From Callorhinchus milii (taxonomy: Eukaryota), in the NCBI RefSeq assembly GCF_018977255.1, contig NW_024704742.1, forward strand, positions 132,868,001 to 132,932,000: DNA of 64,000 bases, in the 5' to 3' direction. The notes beneath the pieces are model-generated. The model was given only the letters and a program-made list of their open reading frames with translations. It made no database searches and had not been told where the DNA came from. Below, one piece after another: positions 14,201 through 26,300 of the stretch (position 1 is the stretch's first letter; every line of letters begins with the position of its first letter). The position numbers were made by a program, and so were the translations under genes.

Positions 14201-15565
14201 TGAAAGAGAATTGGTGATGTGTTTGCCGAGAGACGATTTCAAACAACAACTTGCCTTTATACAGCACCTTTGACATGGGGAGCATCTCAGAGCATTTCAC
14301 GGTGGTGTGGCTTGATGCCGAACTGGAAGGGGAGAGGAAGTGACCGAAGGCCCGGTTGAAGAGGAAAGAAAGTCGTTCATTTCAAAGCATGTGTAGAAAG
14401 AGCAAAGGAGTTGGGGTTAGGGTAACCGGCTCCAAGTGAATGAGTAAGCACCAGCCTAGGGTTAATGGGCCAGAAGATCTCCTTCTGTACCGGGATTTAT
14501 ACAATTGTATGATTCCAATACATGGAAGGGGAATTCAATGGAAAAATATGTCACCCTGTCTCTGTAGAAAGCAGCATTTCTTTCAGTGAAGTACTGAAAA
14601 TAATAAGGTACATTAAATGCCATTATTAACTGGAAATATATAATAATAATAATATTTATCACCAATATCACTTTGATACAGTGCTCTACTGGATCGTTGA
14701 GAAGTTTCATCCACAAAATATGCAGTCAATTCAGTTTGCAATATATTCTGTGAAGCGCTTTGAGACGTCTCAATGACGTGATAAGGCATTATATCAAATG
14801 CAAGGATTAGTATTATTATTACAAAGAGCTTTACAGGATATACTGATAGGTGGTGTGACTGTGTATATCTTTTGGGTGAATGCAGTTTGCAAATATGCAA
14901 CTCAGAATACAGAGCAGGATTCTCATTTCTGAACTTTGAAAGATAATAAAATAATAGTGTTCAGTAGTTTTTCACAAACAGTTGTGGATTGAGTGACCGA
15001 ATTAGTTTTTTGGAGAGATTATTACTCCTGGAAAGCGATACACCATTCGATCAACAACCGGCTTCCTGCTTACTGGTAGGTAAACAGAGGTGTGTGGAGT
15101 AAGGAAACTTGCCTAAGCACGGGAATCGAACCCGGATCCCGAGTGCTCCTACCAATAAGCTGCAGGATTCCACAATATAATAATAATAATAATCATCATA
15201 ATCATTGCATTTGATAAAGTGACCTGTCGCATTGTTGAGACGTCTCGAAGAGCTTCGCAGGATATACTGGAAAGTGGTGTGACTGTGTATATTTGCATGC
15301 AAAAATGCAACTCACTCTACAGAGCAGGTTTTCTGAGCTTTGAAAGATACCGTCTGACGGAACGAAGTTTCACTTCAGTCATCGTTTTCTGTCTGAGCCC
15401 CCGAAAGCTCGCGCTGAGTGATGGTTGAGATGTGCTGACAGAGCAAGGCAGCCACCTGCTGGTTGAAATGAAGCTAAGCACGCACAGAGATGATTATAAA
15501 ATATTCCTTGCATTTGGTATAGTGCCTTTCGCGTCAGGAGGATGTCTCAGGGCTTTTCACAGGAT

Positions 15566-15889
15566 AATAATAATAATAATAATCCTTGCATTTGATATAG
15601 TGCTTTTCACGTCGGGAGGACGTCCCAAAGCGCTTCACAGAACACACTGTAAAGTGAATTGACTGTATATTTGTGGGCGAACGCGGCAGCCAATTGCGCA
15701 CAGCAATGTCCCACAAACAGTCTTCGATTGAAAATGACCAATTTATTATTGTTTTTGGTTTTGGAGGGATTATTATTAGGCTCTGTGTGGAGTAAGGAAA
15801 CTTGCCCAAGGTTTCGCCCTCTGCCTGGAATTGAACTCAGGTCTCTCACTTGCAAAGCGAGTGCTCTAACCACTGAGCCACAGGACTCC
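15566..15889 (-). mobile_element. Young short-form tRNA(Ala-like) SINE
   Basis: Near-identical to the copies at 28973, 30608 and 49060; head ggagtcctgtggctcagtggttagagcactcgctttgcaag; long (ATT)n tail. Confidence 0.92.
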
Positions 15890-16138
15890 GACTATGATAT
15901 GTAGTGACTGTGTATTTTGTTTGTCAACGTGGCAGCCAATTTGCGCACCGCAATGAAACAGCTGTGGTCTTAGCCGGAGAAGCAGCGGGAAAGCTTGTCA
16001 GGCAGTGATATCAATGGCAAGCTGCGCGGCTTTAGCTGGTTAGACTCCAGCAGTTACCCCAGCGCACACTCTGGGGTCCCCTTGCCAACCTGCCCTAACA
16101 CTTTCCAGAAGCAGGTAAGCAGGAAGCGTCCCTCCAGG

Positions 16139-16172
<34 letters not shown>

Positions 16173-19119
16173 CACTCCAACAATCTATCTCTGGGGTTTC
16201 CATGTGTAGGTGGGAGGCGTGGAATTCTCAGCTTGGTTTGGATACTCTTAAACACGGTGATGGGTTTCAGTATGTGCCAGCTGACCAAAAAAACAGGCAA
16301 AAAAACACCAATTTTATTTGGGGAAATTGTTGGCGTCTCAGCCGAAGGATGGCACCTCTGCCAACACAGCGCTCCCCTAACCCTGCACTGGGGGTATCTA
16401 GAATATGACATCAGCTCCTGAAATTGGGGGGCTATCATGCTCACGGCTAATGATCGAAATATTTTGGCTACGACTTTGTAACGAGCAGGATTTATAATAG
16501 AAGTGGACCCAGGTGTTAAACCAGCTGTCTGATAACAGACAAGAATTACAGGTCGTTAATTCTCTGGTGTGGGGAGAAAGAGCCAATCAACCATTATTAC
16601 TCAGTGCTAAACCGAATAATATATTGTACTAGTTCATTGTACTGGAGAGAAAGAGCGGGCTTTAAAATGCAATAAGTCACCCTTGTTCCCATTGCACCCT
16701 CCCCTGCAGCCTTGAGGCACACAATGGTTAGAAGCTTAAGCAACAAAAAACAATCAATGATGTGCTCGGAGGAATAAAGAATAGCCACCAGGGAATGGGA
16801 GGCAGTAACTCTGCTTTCCCAGTGGCATTCATGAACTGTCTTGGCTTCATTCTTGTGGCTGAAGACAAATATTGGACTTGGTCGATTTACTTGTTGCTGC
16901 AGCTCACTGTCTGCATTTTTGACATTTCATTTGTTTGTGTTTGAAGATGCCTGCGGGTGAAATAAAGATACAAATGGCTCAAACGCAGGCCTGTTTTACA
17001 TTGCCTGCCCCCCACTCCCCCACCCCCATACTCAATCGCATACACACACCACCCCCCCCACTCCCATTCACTCACAGACACCCCACATACACACACCACA
17101 CACCCTCACACACTCACCTCCTACACACACACTCACACCAAAATGCACATCCTACATACATACACACCCCACGTACACAACACCCACTCACACAGACACC
17201 CGCATTCTATAGACACACACCCCACATATACACGCACACACAGGCCTGCATACCCTACATGCACACTCACACAAACACATCTCACCGACACACACGACTC
17301 ACAAACACCACTTCCTCCCCACCCCCGTACACTCATTCCTAAGATCCTTCCGCCTTGCTTTCCAAACCCTATCTCTTTACAATACAATGTATATCACATC
17401 GGGAGGAAAGGTTGTCTCAAAGCCCTTTACACAGCTGACTACACACCCGATCTGGGGGGTGGGAGATGGGGGGTTGGGATAAAGATAATTGCCCCAAAGC
17501 ACAGTCAAAGAGGTTAAGTCTTGAAGCGAGTTTTAAAAGTAAGGGATAGAGGGGGAGAGTCAGAGGACTCCAAGGATGGAGTTCAAAAGAGCAAGGGCAG
17601 AATGACTGATAGCTTACCCGTTGATGGTGGAGTGGAACAAATCTTGGGCGGGGGACATGAAGCAGGCTTTGCTTTCAAATCCCTGCTAAAAACTCTCTCT
17701 TTATGTGTTAAACTTTAAATCAACTCACTCTCTCGCTCCCTCCCCCACCCCACTGTCACTTTGTTCAGCGTTCCACTCTATCTCTGCAAAGCACTTTGAG
17801 ACCTTATGTGAAAAGTCCCGTGTTGTATCACAATAACCTCCAACAGAGTTTGTTGTGTGTGTGCATTGTGCTGCGGCGATTATAATATAACACTGAGATA
17901 TTCTCTCTCTATGACAGAAAGCTTCCCCTGATTTTTGTATGTGTGCTCTGTGTGTGTAAGTGTTGGGGGTGTGTGGGGGAAAGGGGTGTTAAACCAAGCT
18001 ATAGGGATGGGTCGGTGGGTGGGTGGATGTTGGGTAGTTCTCCCATTGGAATTTGGACTTGTTCTCTCTGATCAGAAAACCCTTTTGCTCTGTAAGTACA
18101 GCCAAAGGGTAAACACCAAATGATTAATGTTACAACAGCACTAATCCATACAGACCACATCTGCTGCTGACTTAGCTGCTGATCTCTAGGAGTCACCGAC
18201 TGCATATTCCCCTCCCCCAACATCGATATCCAAGCCCTCCACCCCTCTCTGATCCCAATCCACAGCTTGGGTACAAACCCCCTCATTGACCAGTGCCTTG
18301 GGTCATCCTCCTAACATGAAGGATGCTATATAATTGAACTTGTTGTATTTGTATAGGGAGCAGGGAATCCTCCAACTCAGCTCTTGTTAATCCTACAAGC
18401 CAAAGCCCTACTGGGTAGGGTGAACTCACGGGAAAGCTTACCAGACACTGATATCAATGGCAAGTTGTGCAGTTTTAGCTGGTTAGACTTCAGGAGTTAT
18501 CTCAATTCACATTCTGGGGTCTCCAAGCCTTGGCTCTTGCCAACCTATGCCTATTATTTTCCGGAATTAGGTAAGCAGAGTGCATCCCTCCAGAGAGAGT
18601 GCGGCTTCTATTCCAGCAATCTATCTCTGGGATTTCTGTGTGTCGGTGGGATGAATTGAATTCTCAGTATGATTTGGATACTCTTAAGCATGGATTTCCA
18701 CGTGTGTCAGACACCCGGCCGACGCCCAAATAATTGTAATTTAGAAGCTATTTTTCTGCATTGCTTATAAAGCTTTAAAATGGAGACTGAATTGAAGAAC
18801 CTTCCAAAGCTTCCGCACAATTTTTAGATCTTAAGACTACAATCCTAAGGCTAAGACTGTAAGCCTCTGATTTCCACCCTGGGATTCTGCCCACTGCTGG
18901 AAGGTATTCACATATACGTGTCATATGAAGACAAGCTCGAACCAGCAGTGATGCCAGGCTCCTAATTTGGTTACTGACACTTACTGCCAAGGCTCACAGG
19001 TGTATAATGATCACTTACACTTGTTACTGGTTAGACCAGACTCCCAGCGATAATCAGCGTCTTAAAAGGAGTAGAAAATGCATTTAAAAAACACACAAGA
19101 TTTTTAAAAAGCGCTAAAA

Positions 19120-21150
19120 CAACAACATCAACAACAAAATTACATTTGCAAAGCACCTTTCACGTCAGGAGGACATCCCAAGGTGCTGGACAATCAGAGT
19201 TTCGGACCTGAGCTGGGGATTGGGATTGGGGACGGTGGAGGGCAGGGGAGGGGAAGCAGGGTGCTCGAAAGCACGGTTGAAGAGGAGGATCCTGACATGG
19301 ATCTTGAAGGAGGCAAGGGAGGGGGTGAGATGGAGGGACTGTGGGATAGAGTTCCAGAGGGTGGGGCCAGAGTGGCAGTAGGCCAATAGTGGGGCGAGCG
19401 AGGCGGGGGACATGAAGCAGGCCAGAGGCCTTGAGAAGAGGGACCGAGCAGGATGGTAGGGGGTTAGAAGGTCGCAGAGGTAAGGGGGAGCAAGTCCGTG
19501 AAGGGCTTTGAAGGTGAGGACCAAGATCTTGAACTGTAGCCTCTGTGTGATTGGGAAGCCAGTCAGGCGAGGACGGAGTTGATAGGGTCACAGAGCATAG
19601 TGCGGGAGAATACACGAGCTGCAGAGTTCTACATGATCTGCCACCTGTGGAGGGAGGAATTAGGGAATCTGACAGTGAGTTTGCAGAGTCGAGCATCGAT
19701 GTAATGAAGGCGTGTATGAGGGTTTGGAGGTCTGCGGTGTGAGACAGTGTCGGAGCCGGGCGATGTTGCGGAAGTGGGGGAAGGCAGAGCGGATCATGGC
19801 GCAGATGTGGGGTAGAAAGAATAGTTGAGGGTCAAACAAAACCCCAAAGTTCCGGATTGGCTTAGCAAGGTGGAGGGTGCAACCATGGTGGATGGTGATG
19901 CTTTCAGCGCCTGAGGTGAGGAGGCGCTGACGGGAGCTGATCAGGAGGGCCTTGGACTTGTTGACGTTCAACTGTAGAAAGTTAGCTCTCATCCAGGACT
20001 CGATGTCTGAGTCAAGGGTGGAGGCAGAGAGGTAAAGTTGGGTGTCATCCGCATACATGTGCAAGTTGACCCCATGTCTGCGGATGATGTTACCAAGAGG
20101 GAGCACATGGATATTGAAGAGGAGGGGACCAAGGACAGAGCCATGAGGAACACTGCATGAGACCGTCCGTGGGCTAGAGGAGAAAACATTTGTGGAGATG
20201 AAGTGGAGGCGGTGTGAGAGGTACGATTTGAACCACTCAAGGACAGAGCCATGAAGGTTGTCTCACACACCACAGGCCACTGAAAAACCTCATACATGCT
20301 TTTGTTATATCGAGGCTCGACTACGCAAACTCATTGCTTGTCGGCCTCCCCAGCTCCTCCCTCCTTCTGGCTGCAGATCATCCAGAACTCTGAAGCCCAT
20401 GTCCTCTTCCGCACTAGGTTCCACAACTCTATCACCCCCATCCTTGCCCAACTCCACTGGCTTCCCACCACACAGAGGATACAGTTCAAGATCCTAGTCC
20501 TCACCTTCAAAGCCCTTCACGTTCTTGCTCCCCACTATCTCTGCAACCTACTAACCCCCTATCATCCTGCTCGCTCCCTCTGTTCAGTGGGTTCCAGCCT
20601 GCTTCACGTCCCCTGCCTCGCTCGCCCCACTATTGGTGGGCGGGCCTTCCTTCTGGAAATCCACCCACGGTCACTCTGCCTCGCCCCCTCCCTTGCCACC
20701 TAAAGACCCATCTCAGGACCCTCCTTTTCGACCATGCTTTTGATCTCCCTGTTTCCCCCCCTGCCCTACACCCTCCTCCACCCCGACCCCCAGCTCGGCT
20801 ACGTAAATCTGTCTGTCCAGCACCTTGGGACATCCTCCCAACGTGAAAGGCGCTTTACAAATGTAATTTTGTTGTTGTTTTTGTTGAGGTGAGAAGAGAG
20901 GCGATGGATGAGGATAGAGTGGTCGACTGTTGAAGTCAGCAGAGAGGTCAAGGAGGATGAGGAGGCAGAGGGAGCCCTAGTCGCAGATGGACAAAATGTC
21001 ATTTGTCACTTTGACCAGGGCAGTTTCTGTGCTGTGGGCGGCACGGAAACCCGATTGGAGTGGTTCGAGAAGGGAGTGACGGGAGATGAAGGAGCGAAGT
21101 TGAGAAGCAACGACTCGTTCCAGGACCTTGGAGAGGAAGGGGAGGTTGGA
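19120..21150 (-). mobile_element. Degenerate L2 LINE ORF2 (RT domain), interrupted by an opposite-strand L2 fragment at about 20260-20885
   Basis: Minus-strand translations [28 protein letters not shown] and LVLTFKALHGLAPPYLCDLL; upstream QSGFRAAHSTETALVKVTND near 21000-21060; (CAA)n tail near 19120. Confidence 0.9.
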
Positions 21151-21152
21151 GA

Positions 21153-21275
21153 TGAGGCAAAATACTGCAGATGCTGGAAATCTGAAATAAAAGCAGAGTC
21201 GCTGGGAACACGCAGCAGGTCAGGCAACATCTATGGGAATGAGTTAACATTTCAGGTGGATAATCTTTCATCAGC
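21153..21275 (-). mobile_element. Penelope-like terminal-repeat relic of a type common in cartilaginous fishes
   Basis: aaatactgcagatgctggaaatctgaaataaaagcaga...cagcaggtcaggcaacatct...gttaacatttcagg, recognised from memory of shark repeats; the minus strand has CTGATGA...GAAA. Confidence 0.55.
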
Positions 21276-21341
21276 CTCCAGGTATTAAAAAAATGCTTGT
21301 GGCGTCTTTCTCAAAGGGCAGGATTGGCTGTTAGTCAATCA

Positions 21342-21360
21342 TGGCCACTAGATGGTGCAA
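21342..21360 (+). promoter_or_regulatory. Candidate CTCF site
   Basis: tggCCACTAGATGGTGCaa closely matches the CTCF core; motif only. Confidence 0.45.
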
Positions 21361-21856
21361 CTTCTTTGTATTTGATACGGCCCGTATCGTGTCTTAAAGC
21401 AATGTATTGTAAGAGACATCTACTAGACCACTGTAGGGTAATAGCGGGCATCAATTCTATATAGTTAGCAAATGGGAAGATTAGGAGACACGTTTCACAA
21501 ACTAAGATAGGAGAAGCAGGAGTGGTGGTTGAGGCAGAACCCATAACCATGTTAGCTTTCAAAAGCGAACTGGATAGGTACCTGAAAAGGAACATGGGAA
21601 TAATAATAATAATAATAATCCTTGCATTTGATATAGCGCTTTTCACGTCTTCTAGGTGTCTCGAATCGCTTCATAGAATAGACTGTAAAATGAATTGACT
21701 GTATATTTTGTGGGCGAAACGCGGCAGCCAATAGCGCGCAGCAGTGTTTCACAAACAGTCGTGGTTTGAAGTGACCAAATTATTATTGTTTTTTTTACTT
21801 GAAGGATTATTATCAGGCGTGTGGAGTAAGGCAACTTGCCCAAGGTTTCGCCCTGC

Positions 21857-22521
21857 CACTTCACCTCCATAACATCGCCCGACTCCGCCACTACCTCACC
21901 CCTCAGGCCGCTGAAACTCTTGTTCATGCATTCATCACCTCCAGGCTCGACTATGCAAACGTCCTGCTTGTCAGCCTTCCCAACTCCTCCCTCCACAGGC
22001 TGCAGATAATCCAGAACTCTGCAGCCCGTGTCCTCTCCCGCACCAAACTCCGTGACCCCATCTCCCCCATTCTCGCCCGATTCCACTGACTCCCTATCCT
22101 TCAGAGGATCCAATTCAAGATCCTGGTCCTCACTTACAAAGCCCTCCATGGCCTCGCCCCACCCTACCTCTGTGACCTCCTAACCCCCTACCAACCCGCC
22201 CGCTCCCTTCACTTAGCCGGCTCCGGCTGCTCCACGTCCCCGGACCCACCCGCCCCACCATTGGCGGGAGAGCCTTCAGCCACTCTGCCCCAACCTCTGG
22301 AATTCCATCCCCAATCACTCCGCCTCGCCCCCTCCTTAGCCTCCTTCAAGTTCCGCCTCAAAACCCTCCTTTTCAACCAAGCCATCGGCCACCCCCCTTC
22401 CCCTCCCCTTCCTTCTCCCTCCCTGACCCCAGCTCGTGTCTGAAATGCTGTACACTGTCCATCGCCTTAAGACATTCTCTCAACGTGAAAGGAGCTATAC
22501 AAATGTAACCTTGTTGTTGTT
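21857..22521 (+). mobile_element. L2 LINE 3' fragment nested in a SINE (21600-22565,-) nested in a CR1 3' end (about 21510-22665)
   Basis: ORF LHNIARLRHYLTPQAAETLVHAFITSRLDYANVLL...; the SINE body stops at ...ttcgccctgcc and its head resumes at about 22524. Confidence 0.85.
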
Positions 22522-22664
22522 ACCAGGAATCAAACCCAGGTCTAATCACTGAGCTACTGGACTCCTGAAAAAAGGTAAATGGGACTGAAAAGATCCCTCT
22601 TTAAAAGAGCCAGGCATGATGGGCTGAATGGTCTTCTTCTGTGCTGCACATTTCTATGGTTCCA

Positions 22665-23373
22665 TGTAATTAATGTGCAAATTATATTTGCGATGTTTAT
22701 ATATATTTGAAACATATGATCAATCTCATATGAGGGGAGATGGTTGAGACTAGCTTCGAAGACGATCCTTGCTCAAGGAGGAGAAACAAAAGACTGTTTA
22801 TAAATAACAAACTGTTTCATTCCTTATCAGTCAGTTTCTCATGAAAAAATGGTCAGAAGCTGGAGAGAGAGAGAGAGAGAGCTGTGTTGCATTTGTATTT
22901 ACAAAGGAACCATCTTGCCAGTAGGTGAAAGTTCACCTATTCAACGGTATAAACGGAGATCGATTCGGAAGAGAAAGAGAGAGAAGGAAGAAATTGGAAC
23001 TTGGGAGTCACGAACCATATTCCAGTTTCTAAAGAAAGATGAAGACTACATCTTAAACAACTTTAAACGAACAATAGTGCCTGGATACATTTGGGTGATA
23101 TTGAACTGGGAACCGTATACTTGTATACCTTTTAATTTTGATTAAAATGGACATTAAATTGGACACTGCTCCTCTCTCTCTCCCGCAGCATTTGCTTTGA
23201 TCAACTTAAATTGTTGTGAACTACAGTATACATGGATACATAAGCAGAATTGGATGTATTCTTTTAATTACTTATAACCATTAATAATGAATTAATAAAC
23301 CTTGATTAATTGTATAACATTTGTGTCAATCCTTACTTCAATGCAGGGTCATGAAAATAAATGAACCCTTACA
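22665..23373 (+). mobile_element. Possible solo-LTR-like element
   Basis: TGTAA...CCCTTACA termini and an AATAAA about 75 bp before the end; no TSD found. Confidence 0.35.
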
Positions 23374-26300
23374 CAAGGGAGGGAGCGAGGCGAAGGGAAG
23401 TTGGATGGAGTTCCAATACAGTTAGCAAACGAGCAAATGGGAAGAATAGGAGACATGTTTCACAAACTAAGATAGGAGATGGAAGGCCCAAGATCTCCCT
23501 TTAAAAGAGCCAGCACAGATATGATGGGCTGAATGGCCTTCTTCCGTGCTGTCCATTTCTATGGTTCTATGGAAGTAGCCAAGTCTGACTTAATCCCCTT
23601 CACATACCTTCAGTAGTATACTTTGCTATAATACTCTCAGCACAGAACCCAAATCACCTAAGTTTTGCTCCAGCGCAGACTCAATTTGAAGACACTCTTT
23701 CAAAATCAAGTACTGTTCATGTATCTTTTTAATATACTTAATTTAATTCAATTTTTCAGGACATCAGATACATTTTAAGACACGTTGCTTTACATTATAA
23801 TAATCCATTGATTCACGTGTAAGGCTGTTGGTGGCACTTTTCAGATCAGTAACCAGACATTCAGCTTTGATACTTCTCAACACGAGGTTTGTTTATGGAA
23901 CGGACGTCACAAAGCTTCAATCAAAACCCAATGGGACATAACACACCTTTGCGGAAAACTGCTGACGTGAGTCAGAAGGCAAGCACCACACACCTAGCGT
24001 TAAAATACATTGTGAGAAAGGGTTATGTAAAATGTTATGGGAATTTCTGTCTTTTAAGAAAAATAACTAGTGTATTCCATTCGTACATTTTAATGTGACA
24101 TTGCCAAATAACATTCATTTTTATTTGAAAGTAAAATCACTTTTGCTTTTAGAGAATAAAAATCACAAGAATTTTTCTTTACTCGGAGGACAATCAATGA
24201 CTGGAACAGGTTGGCAGGAAAGGTGGTTGAGGCCAGGACACTGGGACTCATTTAAAAGCAGCTTCATGCTATGATTGGGTGGTGGGGAAGTAGGGTGGGG
24301 TTATTTTGGAAGGATGAGATCGGATGCGCCAAAGGGCCTTCTTCAATGTTAACTGATTTTATGAAAACTGTAGTTTATTTAGCGTTTATTTAGTGTTATT
24401 TAGTGGAATGGTATGGAAAGAGATGACTGTCTGAAGCATTCAAAACAAATCACTATTTTCCTACTTTACTGGGATCCAAATAAGACTTAAAAAAAAGTGA
24501 TTGGATGCTAAAATACAAGCATCCAATATGCACTTAAAATCAAATCTCCTCTCCACTCCTCCAGCCTCCGTTGCTCAGGATCAGCCAGGACTATTCGCCT
24601 CTTTGGGTGAGCAGACGAGAAGGAAGATCGTGCAACTTTACTTGACCATGACTGGGCGCTGGGCAGAAGGAGCAAGATTGGATGGAGATGTCAATTTTGT
24701 TTTTGGTCAGCCGGGTGTCTGTCACCAGCAGAAACCCTTTACCATTGCTTAAGAGTATCCAAACCAGACAGAATCCCATCTATGTATGCCACATTGATTT
24801 TTACATCAAAGTAGCAGACCACGTTGCCTTGTTAGAATATGCACAAGCATTGCAAACAGCAACAGAAATGAAATTTAAACATTGATTATAATAATAAAAT
24901 TTGGGAAAGATGTAGTATATTTACTCATTTATGGCTGAATCTTTGAAACAATCTGGTTTCTGACTTCCTTTAGACTAAAGCGAGGTTACTACTGGTCTCA
25001 AAGGGCTTTGGTAATCCTGAATCACAGTTCATCTGAAAGGCTGGTTAGCATTGAATTTGTTGGGTTATTAGAAGCTGACAGTACGGTCAAGGATATCAGC
25101 GTAACCTTCAGATATGGCCATGCACCGGTGGATTTGAAACAAGGCAATTCTGCTACAAGTCTGTCAGAAAGGAATCTCTATCACCACATCTGGGGATACT
25201 AAGACAGATGTATTGGGACAGGGGAAAGAGAAAGAGATCCTTTGTTCCTCCGCTCCCATTTCCCCCCACCCCACATATCAAACATATGAAATGTGCTGCT
25301 CCAAAATGAAGTTCTTCAGAGCATTCTACTGTAACTAAATGTGGTCTATTGTTTCCAACAACTTGCCTTTATATATATATATATAGCTCATTTCACCACA
25401 GGATAGAGTCCTGGAGCATTTATTATATTTGATACATGTCTACATTGCCATTCTAATCTTACATGAACATACATCATTTACCAATCATTTAGTGCAATAA
25501 TTTCATGATTACTGGGTTCCGGTTTATTCTATTTTAAACGTATTAAATTATTCTCTTTCACAAGAATCCACTTCAAGGAGAAAGAGTACATTGATTTTAC
25601 AATACTTACATTTGATATAGCGCTTTTCAGGTTGGTGGGACATCTTAAAGCACTTCACAGGATTTAATGTAAAGAGACTGTATTTCGTTTGCAGATTTGG
25701 GCATAGCAATGAAGTGAGTGACCAATTTTTATCATGGGGGTGGGGTGGGGGGGGGGAGATTTGTTGGCCATTCTTCCCTCCTCTATTCAAAAGGAGCCTT
25801 TGCAAACTTTTGCTGACAAGCCACAAGACTTGTTGGGAATGAACAAGAGAACAAAGAGAGGTGAGAAGGTTTGTACAGACAGCAAAATGGTCAAACTAAA
25901 ATGTTTGAAACTGGTTGAAATCGTTCTCGGCCAGTTTCACTTTTCTTCACTGTCACCTCATTTTTTTTTGTTGGTCCAATGGTCATGGCATAGACAAGCA
26001 CAAACAAACCGTGTTACGGTCAGAATAACCCTGCGCTGTGACTGTCTGATCTTATCTTACAATCAAACAAAACTTTCTACTGTAATAACTCATTGAATTG
26101 GTTATGAAACAGCAGATAATTTACACTCCCCTCGCCCATATCTCTAACTATATCATTGAGCAACAAAATAGTGCAATTATTGCTCGGTACAATTATCACT
26201 GAGTTCTCAATATCGCGGGGAGTGGTTTGGGAGGAAACTGAGTTAATTTTTAAGTATTGATTATTATTAATAATATTTACACTGGATATAGGGTCTTGAG

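Noticed and set aside
15995..18659. Duplicated coding exons (SDINGKLRGFSWLD / TDINGKLCSFSWLD)
   Set aside because: The copies are frameshifted relative to each other further on, other copies are inverted, and I recognise no protein; treated as a non-coding repeat.
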